Below are positions 25,171 through 37,989 of a stretch of DNA of 64,000 nt, piece by piece (the stretch's first letter is position 1; each line of letters starts with the position of its first letter). Source of the stretch: Chiloscyllium plagiosum (taxonomy: Eukaryota); assembly GCF_004010195.1 (NCBI RefSeq), contig NC_057718.1:19978351-20042350 (forward strand), read 5' to 3'. The position numbers were made by a program, and so were the translations under genes. Below the pieces are notes generated by a model. The model saw only the letters and a list, made by a program, of their open reading frames with translations. It searched no databases and had not been told where the DNA came from.

Positions 25171-26565
25171 GTGATCCAGCTGCTCGGCACAGCCATCAAG
25201 ATTGTCACCTTTGGTCTGACCTGCACATCACCGCAGATGGGTAACAAGGGACACAGAGCAGGGCACTTAATCAGCCGCGAGCTGCGGGCTAACACTTTCC
25301 TTAACATGACCCATGGGTATGCCCTGAGGGTGAACCAGATCAGCTGGTGGGTCTGTGCCTGCGTTCCTGCCCATTCCCACGTGGGCATTCCCCTAGCTGC
25401 AGTCTCTTGTAACACTGCAGAAATGGTAACTGGAACCAGACAAGTCCGCTGAGGTCACAACGCTCAGCCTGCCAAACCACACCGGCTAATGACAGAACTA
25501 ATAGCCCAAACCACTGGAAATCTGCAGGGTACCACCTAGACAAATTCACAGGATGGTTCTACCCAGCCTAGATCCTTTCACATGAACCCCCAGCCTTGAC
25601 AATCATTGACACCACTGGACAGGGATACCCATAGGAACCATCAGCCTGATGAGAAGCCAGCCGTCCGGATGGGATGCTGACCGCAGCCGGTGTGCTAGCT
25701 CACTGCTCCTGACCCCCGCAGCAGAGGGCAGCACCCTAAATTTAATGGTCTGCCCACAATTCCACTTTCAATACCATCTGGACAGGAACCCAAACCCACC
25801 ACCTGAGAACATACAACAGCACTTATTTTGTCTGCAGCCAGAAGGCATACCCCTGGCTGCTGTTATCACGGACTGGGAGCTGTTTCGTCAGGTGGATAGT
25901 ACCATTCATTTACCACTCCCAGTCCTCTCCTTTCCAGAAGCTTATTACCCACAGAAAGTGTGCCCTCACTGCCCTAGACGAGGTGCTCTCCCTACCTGTG
26001 CCCACTTTTGCAACCCTGCGCCAGGACATAGAGGAATATCAGGTGGCCATCACAGTAGAATAGATAGCGAACGCCACAGCTAAATGGAGAGGCTGCTGCC
26101 ATTTGCACTGTCACCCTACAAAATAAAATGGCCCTGGACTACTTGCTGGCCAAAAAAGGGGGCATGTGCACCTTCATTGGCGTGGACCGCTGTACCTACA
26201 TCCCTGATCCCAGCGAAAATGTAACAGACCTAGCACACCACATCTGACAGGCTACTGCTATCCTACATGGACATCAGACCCACTGGGACTTGTGGAGCCG
26301 GGCAAGGTCCTGGCCCAGCTCATGGGGCACAGGTCTGCTGCAAGGGCTGATAGCCCTTATTGCCATTCTTGTTGGTATTGTAGCCCTGGTCATGGCCCTC
26401 TGTAGAAGCTGCTCCCAGTTGTGTACAGCATTGTTACCCCCCGGCCCTCTCATCACCCAGCTAGTACAAGTCCACTGGAGTAACATCCCACCCCTGACAC
26501 AGCCTCCAGTCTGGCAGATTCAGACACCGACTACCACCTCTCTGACACCAAATGCCCACCCCTGA
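25171..26565 (+). pseudogene. env: ERV gamma-type env remnant
   Basis: NTFLNMTHGYALRVNQISWWVC (decayed CxxC), HRK(C)AL furin-like site, ISD LQNKMALDYLLAKKGGMC with decayed CX6CC, TM helix LIALIAILVGIVALVMALC. Confidence 0.88.
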
Positions 26566-26623
26566 CAATCCACCCCCCAGATCTGGCTACATTGCCCCTT
26601 TTTCATTTCTCCCTTAACAGTAC

Positions 26624-26636
26624 AAAAAAGGGGGAA
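26624..26636 (+). promoter_or_regulatory. Polypurine tract
   Basis: AAAAAAGGGGGAA ending one base before the 3' LTR. Confidence 0.9.
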
Positions 26637-26637
26637 T

Positions 26638-27420
26638 TGTGGGAGAAATATCTGCTACCCTGCCCACTCACATGACCACATAAGAAACACAGAAGCTGGC
26701 CTGCGAAACACAGAAATTAAGCCTGCGATCTCACACAGAGCACACCCATAGTGACCCAGTCTTGACCAAAAAGGCAAACAAAGAAACCAGACATGGCCAA
26801 GCTACTCCCAAACCAGAGAATACACTTCATAGCAAGCTCCCAGCCCTGATTAACACTGCGGTCCCCAATACCCTAAGGGCAGGATCGCTTCCCATTGAAG
26901 ACGATACCACATAAACAAACAGGCAGAACGAGAGGCCCCAAAGACTTTGCTTGCAGGAGAAACAATGGACAGACCTGGATGCCAGGAGAAGGGACAATTG
27001 CACATATTCGCTATTTGCACAGACGGGAAATACAATGGAGAATCCTCTAGAAGACCTTTGCACCTACTCAGAGATGGCTGGAATCTCCTGTGTCAATTAC
27101 AAGTGAATTTCTGTTGCTGGATGCTTGATTAATTTCCGCTCAGTTTATTCTTGTTTTAATCGATTGACAATTTTCACCATTATACTGTAACTGCTTTACA
27201 ATTATCACCTTTATATCGTACCCCTATAAAACCTGCTGGCACCTTCCGCTCGGGGAAGAGAATCCTGGCCTGTACAAAGAATCAGTTCTGTGTCAGCCTG
27301 GTCAATTTCTCTTCTGCGAGAAATTGACCAGGCTGACAGCTTTGTCTAATAAACCGCTTGTCAATTTCAATATGATGCTCATTTGTGGTCTCTGATTCAT
27401 TGGGCTGAATTTCTCCGACA
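26638..27420 (+). repeat. ERV 3' LTR (783 bp)
   Basis: TG...CA ends, follows the PPT, repeat of the 5' LTR. Confidence 0.95.
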
Positions 27421-28184
27421 ATGACTGGTGCAATTCAGTTTCTGATCAATGCCAATCTTCAGGACATTCTTGCTAAGAATTTCAGTAATGATAATGTCAT
27501 TGAAAGACAAGGGGTGATATTTACATTCTCTCTTGATTGGTGGAAATGGTCATTGCCGAGAACTTAAGTTGCAAGCAACATTTGTGTCACATGCCCGCCT
27601 AAGCTTGAATATTACCCAAGTTTTTGTTACACACGAACATGGACTGCTCAGTACTTGAGTCATGAATGCTACTGAGCACTGTGCAACCATCAGCAAATAT
27701 TCCCACTTCTGAACTTATTGGAGGTAAGATCATTGATGAAGCATTGATGGACCGAGAATACTACCTTCTTTAACGCAAGAAAATGATTCAGTTTTGTTAC
27801 TTCTTTCTATCACCTTTTAGCGAGGTCAAGTCATGCTACTAAGTTCTACCACACTTTACGAAATGTTCAGGTCTATACTGAGTATTTCGTGGTTTAACAT
27901 CACAACTTCTGTAAATTAATTTCATTTTCCTTATGAACTTAACATGACCTTTACTGACCAATATCTAATTAAATTATAGACTGGTGTGGGAACCACACAG
28001 TGCAGTTCCCTTCTATGTGATGGTTATCATTATGTCCACAAGCCACCATGAGTTGCTCTTGCATGAGAAACTGTACCAATATAGTAACTACTTTCAATCC
28101 TTATAGACAGAACATCTTGGACAGAAACAAGTTAACTATGATTTATGCTAATCACCACAAATCCTCAACCTTGAACATACTTAC

Positions 28185-28385
28185 TTGCAAGTGAGGCAAG
28201 GTGAGGCTGAATATGGATCTCTTTGAGCAGAACTGCAGCTGGAAGATGGATAGTGAGGTCACACCATGCTTCTTCTGGTAAGAAGATATACGACCACGCT
28301 GCAGATCTAGCTCTGCGATGGGGTGGTGTGGCCTGAAGTAGTACCTCAGCTGGCTGAGCTGTTGGGCTACTGGAAGTTATTGTAC
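28185..28385 (-). CDS. BIRC6: BIRC6 exon (GTITSSSPTAQPAEVLL...QPHLASLA)
   Basis: ttctag| acceptor, |gtaagt donor, 201 nt. Confidence 0.94.
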
Positions 28386-28650
28386 CTAGAAAGAGAAAAA
28401 AATAAACTGATAAAAAAAAGGGGCAGATTTTTAGCTGTAGGTAGTTGAAAAGTCTCTTCACATTTCACTGCAGTCAATTGAAACAAGTTAAAAAACATAA
28501 TTGTTTCAAAGACTGACTACAATATTGGATACCTGCATGGTATAGTCCTCCAGTTTGTTAATGCAATCAAAGTTAAAGTAAAAAGTTATACAACAGATTA
28601 ATTTGCATTTAATCAGAAAATCGATGAAATACCAACTGGGCACCACATAC

Positions 28651-28845
28651 CCAATGGAGCGAAGTTATGAAGTCCTTCGGCATTGTCTGGCTCTGAAGCT
28701 AATACTCTAGCCTTCATGTTTCCATCAATTGTCTTACCAGGTCCACAATCAAGAAACTTCATTATGGTAGAAACCATACTCCGTGCTGTATTAACAATTG
28801 CTCGTGTACTAGTTACCATGTTATTGCAGATAAGCTGGACGCCCC
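28651..28845 (-). CDS. BIRC6: BIRC6 exon (GGVQLICNNMVTSTRAIVNTARS...HNFAPL)
   Basis: ttgtag| acceptor, |gtatgt donor, 195 nt. Confidence 0.93.
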
Positions 28846-29639
28846 CTACAAGAACAAAATAGCAATTCTTCAGATCGCATCCAAAGGCAGTGTCCCACAA
28901 AAAGTAATACTGAATTAAATATACATTTTTGCATTATTCTTTTTGTGAATGAATAAACAAATTAGCACAAACCATTGGGAAAGCAAATGAAAGTTGTTCC
29001 CTAATGTGCACCAAACTAGCAGTTGAATTTTCATTAAGTATCTCATCTAAGAAAGATGACAACCAGCCATAGAAACAGATTGTGGTGTCATCTAAGATTA
29101 CGAGTCTATGTCAAGATACAGACTACAAACTTCAGCTCAGAAAGAACTGTGCTACTGCATTCAGTTTTAGGAACTGCATTATAGAAAAAATGCAATGGTC
29201 ATTGAAGGTCATATAGTGGAGATTCACCAACCAATGGGAATCTCTGGTGGGAATCTTCAGGACCCGGACACAACATTAAAATCAAAGCTTGGCTTTCAAG
29301 AGTAATGTCAGCAAAGTAGCAGAAATCTGAAGCACTCCTCTACAAACAGAGTTGAGAAAGTACCAACTGAAAATTTCAATGTTTTTTGTAATGTAGAGAT
29401 TACAGAACCAAGGACAGCAGATGAAAACAAGATGAAGACCAGGCATAATTTTAATTGAAAGACTTCCTGCTGTTCAGAACAGCTAAAGCCTCCAGTTAAG
29501 TCAAACTGATGCAAACGTTGTTTTTAAATGATCTGGAAAAATATCCACTATAAAATACAGGGAATCAAAAAATATTCAAAGCCTTGAATCGCACAATAAC
29601 TTGCTATTGTTTTCAACTGCATATGGACAATTTACATAC

Positions 29640-29736
29640 CCATGTCATGGAAAGCTTTTAGTGCTTCAGTGGAATCCAACACTCTCAAAATAAACCACAA
29701 CAATGGCTCAGATAACTGGCATGTTGAAAGTGAACC
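29640..29736 (-). CDS. BIRC6: BIRC6 exon (GSLSTCQLSEPLLWFILRVLD...FHDM)
   Basis: ttctag| acceptor, |gtatgt donor, 97 nt. Confidence 0.92.
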
Positions 29737-30786
29737 CTAGAATATTAAAAGATTATTACAAAGAAATTATTGAAAAGTAAAAAATTGACGAAGTAGTCTA
29801 AAATAACACATTATAGTTTACATGTAGTGATTCTCTCTGCTGTGAAAATGAAACTATTCTCCTTTTCCGCAGAAGTGTTTGGTAATTTTCTGTAAATAAG
29901 TGGGAAAAGTACAGAACAGAAAGCCAGAGAAGCTCTGAAACTCAGCATTAATTTCACGTCACTTAAAACGGAATGTGCACTTGCTGTGCCTGCAACTAAT
30001 AAGTCAATAGTTTCATTTCAAAGGGAAAAACTTGAAGTGGTGCTGAATGCCCTGAAAATATTACTTTCAAAATGGAACAAACAACACAATCACTTTCAGA
30101 TTCCCATGATAATCACATGCCCTTCTACTAGGATTCCCCCTCTTGCTGTCCTGAAAACTTTGATTTTTATTGCACTGTTTTTTCAATGTCATAAAGTGTG
30201 TTTTCCCTATCCTTTACCCAGGTCATGCATTGACTAATTGCAGCAGCCAACTGTCAAAAAAAATCAGCAACTTACTACCACTATATTTTGGAGTAGAAAC
30301 TATCAGACCATGAAAGAAATGTTGAAACAAGGGTTCATATCCTCAGTAATGCATTCATATTGATATGAGGCCAGCCAAAGGTGCAATCCATTAATGTGTT
30401 GGGTGTCAGAGTAAAGACAGAAAGCACGTAAAAATATTAAACATAGTAATGTCCAGTGCACCATGAAGGAGAAATTTCTAAGTCACACTGATCGAAGGCC
30501 TGAGGATTGTCACTGCACAATATGAGTGAGAGAGACACCAGAAAGTAAGGCAATGCCAGGCCGTGTTTATACACAAAAGTATTTGTTTTTTGTAAAATGG
30601 GATATATTACTGTTGTTCGCTTGGCAAAAAGAAAAAAAAACAGAATAATGGTGTCAAAGGTCACTGCCCCTACAAATATGTCAACATAAAATTTCAAATA
30701 TTTTACAAAGTATGATGCAATAGCATATTTGATCATGACTGCAGACATGATACTTCACAAAAACTTAAAATGATTAATTCCATTAC

Positions 30787-30962
30787 CTGTCTTCCCATGT
30801 ACCCACATGCCATGTATGTAAGAATTGGCTGCAGCATGACCTGCACTGAAGTGGCTTTTTTGCTTAGTGTAGTTAGAATGCTGAAGAGACCATCACCAAC
30901 TGAAATGGCATCTAAACCACTGTGGAAGTTCTCATGTTTTGTAAGATGTAATCCACTTGCAC
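30787..30962 (-). CDS. BIRC6: BIRC6 exon (GASGLHLTKHENFH...CGYMGRQ)
   Basis: aatcag| acceptor, |gtaatg donor, 176 nt. Confidence 0.93.
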
Positions 30963-31099
30963 CTGATTAGGAAATAAAAGCAATCATCTCTCTATATTGA
31001 TGCCTGTATTTTTGCAAGAATAACATTTGCTCAAATATTGAAGTAAATCTCAAAAGTTATTTTTTGAACTCAACAATTCAGTTTTGTCGAGTTTTGATA

Positions 31100-31463
31100 A
31101 GATTTGTAGCTCAGGTTGAGATTCTGGATGTAAGTGCTCGCTGAGCTGGAAAGTTTGTTTTCAGATGTTTTGTCACCATACTAGGTGACATCATCAGTGA
31201 ACCTCTGGTGAAGCACCAGTGTTAGTGACCCACTTTCTATTTGTGTGTTTAGGTTTCCTTGGGTTGGTGATGTAATTTCCTGTGGTCATGACATCACCAT
31301 AGGAACTGGCATTACCAACCCAAGGAAGCCCAAACATACAAACAGAAAGCGGGTCACTAACACCAGTGCTTCACCGGAGGTTCACTGATGATGTTACCTA
31401 GCATGGTGACGAAATGTCGGAAAACGAACCTTCCAGCACAGTGAGCAAACTTACATCCAGAAT
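31100..31463. mobile_element. Palindromic Penelope pseudo-LTR remnant
   Basis: Imperfect inverted repeat with arms of about 170 bp, related to the ends of the 49217-50455 element. Confidence 0.8.
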
Positions 31464-32547
31464 TAAGATTTATGTAACTGAAAAATATTTTCCACATGGT
31501 CTATAAGAGACAAAGCTTAAATGGGTTAATTGTGTTAATTAACACATTTAGAATAAAAAAAATTACAAAACTGCATTCCAGAGTAGCTAATAATTGGCTG
31601 AAGTTAAACTGAATTATTCAGTTGCCTTTATGTTTATGGGGAAACTGTACAGTAAGTAGAACATGGAAAGCAGTAGTTCACCACAGCCTCTCTATGTTGA
31701 GGTACATTCTCTACAAGAACAATATTCTTATCCTTGTTGCTCTTCCTACATTACTCCACATTTGTTCAACCATGTATTTCATCTATACTCAAAATGTTGA
31801 CATGATTTCTGTATTTAGCTACTAATTCTGGTTGTATTTAATAGTTAACAGTGTCATAAGCCTGTATTTAAAAAAAAAGTTTTGTTGTAAATCTTACATA
31901 GCCAATCTAATAAACATTGTTCTATTATTCCAGATAACTGAAAACAGTCTGTTCCTATTCAGCATGCAGAATCAGCTCACAAATTTCAAACACAATCAAA
32001 TTACCCTATAATCATCTTTTAGATTTCAGATATTAGCAGTATTTGGCCTTTAACCTATAATCTCTACTCTAAAGTGAATAAATGCAACTTTTGAATCATT
32101 TCTTCACTCCAAGCAGCATCCTAGTAAATCTGTCACACCTACAGTTTTCCCCAAATCCTTCAGACAATGTAGATTTGCACACAGTATCATCTCAGCTGGC
32201 GTTGGGCTTCATACACATTTATCATTACATTCAACTTCTTTACTTCACCACAACAGAATATTTGTCTAACTTTTTTTTAAATGCCCATATCAACTTTAGG
32301 TATCTCTATTGATCTCATGGGTCTAAATCTATATTGCAACCTGCAAAACTTAGTTTTATTTCTTTAAAAAAACCTGATCTTTCGCATTTACTCTCACATT
32401 CCACCTTTCATACATTTTACTTATCTTGATCTTCAGAATCTTTAAATTCCCAGTAGTGGATACAACAACTAAATCTTACAGCCATATTGATTAATACTTT
32501 TAATGAGCTCCATCTTAACCGAAACGACTTATCAACAGAATACCTAC

Positions 32548-33110
32548 CTATAATCATTGCCATAGCATTGCTATTGCACTGCCCCAAAGCTGAAAGGATC
32601 TGGCTCATGATTTGCTGGTTTCCCAAAACCAAATCAGCAATGCAAGTTGTTGCTCCTTGTGTGAAAGAGGTGTTTGTGTTCCCATCTTTATTGCCAGAGA
32701 CCTTTTCCTCATCAGACACGCTGTCTGAGGCACTGCTGGCAACTGGCATCCTGGCACTGTACTCTCTGTTGCTTGAAAGGGGCAACTGCACCAAAATGTT
32801 AACCAACTTCAGCAGATCAAACATGAGTTGATCCCTCGTCGTCTCCCCACATACTGCTTTTGCATCACCTGGACGGATGATATTTGCAAACAATCCTCCA
32901 AAACAGGCACGGGCTCCAACTGAACTGTCAGAGCCGCTTCGAGATATAACCTTGTCTGAGCAGGTGATATAATGATGCACCAAGAAAGTCACAGATTCGA
33001 TGACTGCAGAGATTGTGCTGACAGAAACAGACTCAAAGTTTTGCTCCAATGTAAACTCCAGGAGTTTTACCTGTGCATCCAGTGGACCTTGTCCAGTTTG
33101 GAATGGGCCT
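32548..33110 (-). CDS. BIRC6: BIRC6 exon (GPFQTGQGPLDAQVKLLEF...AMAMIIG)
   Basis: cttcag| acceptor, |gtaggt donor, 563 nt, ORF 32417..33121. Confidence 0.95.
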
Positions 33111-35039
33111 CTGAAGAACAAATTTTTTTAAAAATTACAATTCACAATTTGACAGGATTAAAATGCATTCATCACGCAACAGCCACAGATAACTCTAATG
33201 ATTTAGAAATGTTGATTTATCATCTATGTGGAAATACCTATAGGAAGAATATGCCCTGTAAACTTTCTCAACCAACAATGACAATTACAATATTTCCGAA
33301 ACTGAGATTTCGTTTTTAATTTTGGATCTGAACTGGGACATTCTTGCATCTAGTTTATCTAGCTTGACTAAATCAAAGTACCCTACCTCCAAGTCAAAAG
33401 ATTGAGTGTGCAAGTCTGCCCTGAAGCCTTGAACTGAGCTCTGAACACAGCTGTATTGTTAGAAGTATAATCTGGTAGATGAGTCCTGACATTTCAGGTT
33501 ATTCAAAGAGCAGGATATTTGGACTAATCCACAATTAATGTTTCCCTTCCCCTCACCCCTCTTTCTCATCACCTCTCATCTTCCAACTTGCTGACATCTT
33601 TGCATTCCAGTAATTCGAAGCTTTTCAGCCTCCCAATTTCAAAAGCTCCACGGCTACCAACCATGCTTTCAGCTGCCAGTAACCCAAGATCTGGAATTTC
33701 TTTCCTAAACATCATTTCACTAGCTCTCTTTTTTCCCCAAGACGTCTTTTAAAAACTTATCTCCCTGCTAAAGGTTTTGGTCACTGGTCATAATATTTCA
33801 TGTGAAATTTTGTTTGATAATGTTCCTTTGAAGTGCATCTGGTTGTTTTACTATATTTAGATACCAAAACAAGTATTATCCCAATTATGTTTTTGGGACC
33901 TAGTTCAGCACAAAGTGGCTACAACACACCTGTGACTCTAAGTAGCAACTCATTGGCTGTGACACACTTGGGAATGTCTCCTATGATACATTAATACAAA
34001 AATACAGGCTCATTCTCTTCTAAGCTTGGAGGAGGAAATAAACCATGGTGGAGTGGTTAGAAGTAAAATATTATTCAGTTGCTACGATTCAGTCATATTA
34101 AATTATAAAAATGCATATTTCTATAGGGCTTTTAATGCAATAAAACATCCTGAAGTATTTCACGAAGCATTAAAAATTTGAAATCAAGTTATATTAGCAT
34201 GAATGGCCGAAGAGATGGTCAAAGAAGTAGGTTTTAAGGAGATTCGTATAAAACTAAGAGGTGGAGGTGTTTAAGGAGTTTATGCAGAATTTAGGACAAG
34301 GCAGATGAAGGGACAATAACAATGTTGCAATTACAATCTGGTAAACACAAAAGGCCAAAATTAGTGGAGTACAGATATGTTGCAAGGTTGTCGGATCAGA
34401 GGAGATTACATCAGTTGAATATTTGAGGCCATAGAAGGATTTGAAACAGGGATGAGAACGATTAAAAAAAATTAAAGCAATGTTTAACCAGGGACAAATG
34501 CAGGACAATGAGCAGAGAGGTGATGGGGGAACAGGACATAAGCAGAATTCTGGATAACGCAGGTTTAAGGAGGCCAGGTGTAACAGGCCAGCCAGGAGTG
34601 TATTGAAATGGTCTCGTCTAGAAATAAAGGCATAGATGAGAGTTTCAGCAGGTGAGCAGATATAGGCAGAGACAATTATGTTACAAATGTGAAAAGGCTG
34701 GTCTCAGTGATGGCATAGATGTGTGGTTGGAAGCATGTCACTGAGTCAAATATGTCATTGTAGAAGTGGAGAAAGTACCACCTCATAATAACCAACCTTT
34801 GCTTTTTGTCCCTAGATGAAAATCTCATTGAGTCCTTGTGAAATCATAAACTGGGGACCAAATGCTGTTTAGCAAAGGAATAAATTTTAATACCACGAAG
34901 GTATGATGACAATGGTGTAAACATTGCAGTGAAATGTTATCAAATAGTTGAAATAATTAAAATCACTGAATGTGTAATCATCGTTTTTAAGTAAAATATT
35001 TAACTAACAATTACTTATTGTTAGAATACAAAGTGCCAC

Positions 35040-35470
35040 CATGGGCTAAGGGGTTGCATGCTCACACTAATCACTACCTTGTGTTGGTATTCCATACTGG
35101 AGACCTGAGCACATAAACCATGCTGACAATCAGTGCAGTACTGAAGGAGAGTTATACTGTTAAAGATGCTTCCTTTTTAGTGCGATATTAAACCAAAGAC
35201 GCTTGTGCCCTCAGGTGTGGAAGAAAGAAATCTCATGGACATGATAATTTGAAGACCAGGGAGTTTCTTTGAATGCCTGGACAGTATTTAATCTTCAAAT
35301 CAACATCTTTTAAATAGATTACCTCGTCATTTATTTCACTGTTATTGTATTTAGCTTTACATTGTACAATACAGTTCTTTCACTTTCTATATTCCAACAG
35401 CAATAACATTTTTCAAAAGATTAATGGGCTGATCAGAACTTTAGAATATTCCCCTGGTCATGAAAGGGAG
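35040..35470 (+). mobile_element. Ancient Deu-domain SINE (SacSINE1/AmnSINE-like)
   Basis: Deu-core-like TGAGCACATAAACCATGCTGACAATCAGTGCAGTACTGAAGGAG; more decayed relatives near 33340-33540 (+) and 11640-11900 (-). Confidence 0.6.
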
Positions 35471-35888
35471 AAAAATGGAAGAAATCAAGGAATTCAGGAA
35501 AAATACAATCAGAGAAGTGGTACTGAGTAAACTGTTCAAACTCCAGATTGTCAAGTGCTCAGGTCATCATGGGTTTCATCCCAGGGTCGAAAAAAGGTAC
35601 TGCAAGACTGAGTTGATGAACATGCTTTAATTTTCCAAAACTCCCTTGATTCCAGAAGATTTCATTTAAATAAAATAGTAAACCTAACTCCTTCATTCAA
35701 AAAGGAAGGCAAAAAAACATGAGTTAGCTTTAAATCTGTCAAAGGGGAAATGTTAGATGCTTCAATTGAAGAATTTATAGCAGAGCATTTAAGTAAGTTC
35801 AAAGTAAGCAGGTAGAGTCAGCATGGTTTTGTGAAAGGAAAATCACTTTTAACCAATCTACTGGTGTTCTTTGAGGAAGTATATTCCT

Positions 35889-37740
35889 GTTAGGGTGAAA
35901 GGAAAGGCTGGTAGGTATAGGGAATGCTGGACGAGTAAAGAAATTGAGGGTTTGGTTAAAAAAGAGGAAACATATGTCAGGTATAGATAGGATAAATCGA
36001 GTGAATCCTTAGAAGAGTATACTTAAGAGGGAAATCAGGAGGGCAAAGAGGGAACATGAGATAGCTTTGGCAAACAAAATAAAGGAGAATCTAAAGGGTT
36101 TTTACAAATACATTAAGGACAGAAGGGTAACTAGGGAGAGAATAGGGCTCCTCAAAGATCAGCAAGGCGGCCTTTGTGTGGAGCTGCAGAAAATGGGAGA
36201 TACTAAACGAGCATTTTGCCTCAGTATTTACTGTGGAAAAGGATATGGAAGATGTAGACTGTAGGGAAATAGATGGTGACATCTTGCAAAATGTCCAAAT
36301 TACAGAGGAGGAAGTGCTGGATGTCTTGAAACGCATAAAAGGTGGATAAATCCCCAGGACCTGATCAGGTGTACCCTAGAACGCTGTGGGAAGCTAGAAG
36401 AGCAATTGCTGGGCCTCATGCTAAGATATTTGTATCATCGATAGTCACAGGTGAGGTGCCGGAAGACTGGAGGTTGGCTAACGTGATGCCACTGTTTAAG
36501 AAGGGTGGTAAGGACAAACCAGGGAACTATAGACCAGTGAGCCTGATGTCAGTGGTGGGCAAGTTGTTGGAGGGAATCCTGAGAGACAGGATGTACAAGT
36601 ATTTGGAAAGGCAAGGACTGATTAGGGATAGTCAACTTGGCTTTTTGTGTGGGAAATCACGTCTCACAAACTTGATTGAGTTTTTTGAGGAAGTAACAAA
36701 GAGGATTGATGAAGGCACAGCAGTAGATGTGATCTATATTTCAGTAAGGCGTTCAACAAGGTTCCCTATGGGAGTTTGATGAGCAAGGTTAGATCTCATG
36801 GAATACAGGGAGAACTAACCTTTTGGATACAGAACTGGCCCAAAAGGTAGACGACAGGTGGTGGAGGGTAGTTTTTCAGACTGGAGGCATGTGACCAGTG
36901 GAGTGCCATGAGGATCAGTGGCAGATGGAGTTTAATTCAGATAAATGCGAGGTGCTGCATTTTGGGAAAGCAAATCTTAGCAGGATATATACACTTAATG
37001 GTAAGGTCCTAAGGAGTGTTGCTGAACAAAGAGACCTTGGAGTGCAGGTTCATAGCTCCTTGAAAGTGGAGTCACAGGTAGACAGGATAGTGAAGGCGGC
37101 GTTTGGTATGTTTTTGTTTATTCGTCAGAGCATTGAGTACAGGAGTTGGGAGGTCATGTTGCGGCAGTAGAGGACAATGGTTAGGCCACTGTTGGAATAT
37201 TACGTGCAGTTCTGGTCTCCTTCCTATCAGAAAGATGTTGTGAAACTTGAAAGGGTTCAGAAAGGATTTACAAGGATGTTGCCAGGGTTGGAGGATTTGA
37301 GCTACAGGGAGAGGCTGAACAGGCTGGGGCTGTTTTGCCTGGAGCATCGGAGGCTATGGGGTGACCTTATAGAAGTTTACAAAATAATTGAGGGGCATGG
37401 ATAGGGTAAATAGGCGAAGTCTTTTCCCTGGGGTCGGGGAGTCCAGAACGAGAGGGCATAGGTTTAGGGTGAGAGGGGAAAGATATAAAAAAGACCTAAA
37501 GGGCAACCTTTTCACACACAGGGTGTTACGTGTATGGAACGAGCTGCCAGAGGAAGTGGTGGAGGCTGGTACAATTGTAACATTTAAGAGGCATTTGGAA
37601 GGGTATATGAATAGGAAGAGTTTGGAGGGATATGGGCCGGGTGCTGGCAGGTGGGATGAGATTTGGTTGGGATATCTGGTTGGCATGGACGGGTTGGACC
37701 GAAGGGTCTGTTTCCATGCTGTACATCTCTATGACTCTAA
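35889..37740 (+). mobile_element. CR1/HER1-type LINE, 5' truncated, with an internal RT deletion near 36908
   Basis: KSPGPD, DWRLANVMPLFKKG, GNYRPVSL, RPLLEY..QFWSP, WNELPEEVV; ends in CTATGACTCTA. Confidence 0.92.
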
Positions 37741-37759
37741 GTAACATACTGAGAATGTG

Positions 37760-37989
37760 GTGGCACTTTGGCACAGTGGTTAGCACTGCTGCCTCACAGT
37801 GCCAGAGACCCGGGTTCAATTCCCGCCTCAGGCAACTATCTGTGTGGCGTTTGCACATTCTCCCCATGCCTGCGTGGGTTTCCTCCGAGTACTCCGGTTT
37901 CCTCTCACAGTCCAAAAAAAAAACATTGCCTGTAATGTTAGGTGAAGGGGTAGGCCTGTTTCCACACTAAGTAATCTAATCTAATCTAA
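37760..37989 (+). mobile_element. tRNA-derived SINE (HE1-like), internally deleted
   Basis: A/B boxes (TGGCACAGTGG, GGTTCAATTCC); (TAATC)n tail. Confidence 0.85.

Larger units (their letters stand above)
17384..27420 (+). mobile_element. Degenerate class I (epsilon/gamma-like) endogenous retrovirus with both LTRs, antisense in a BIRC6 intron
   Basis: Paired LTRs TGTGGGAGAAA...TTTCTCCGACA, PBS, gag/pro/RT/RNase H/IN/env remnants in order, PPT; ATG duplicated at the flanks. Confidence 0.95.

Noticed and set aside
27975..28090. Possible intronic snoRNA (small GGGAAC...GTTCCC hairpin)
   Set aside because: No convincing H/ACA two-hairpin layout or C/D boxes.
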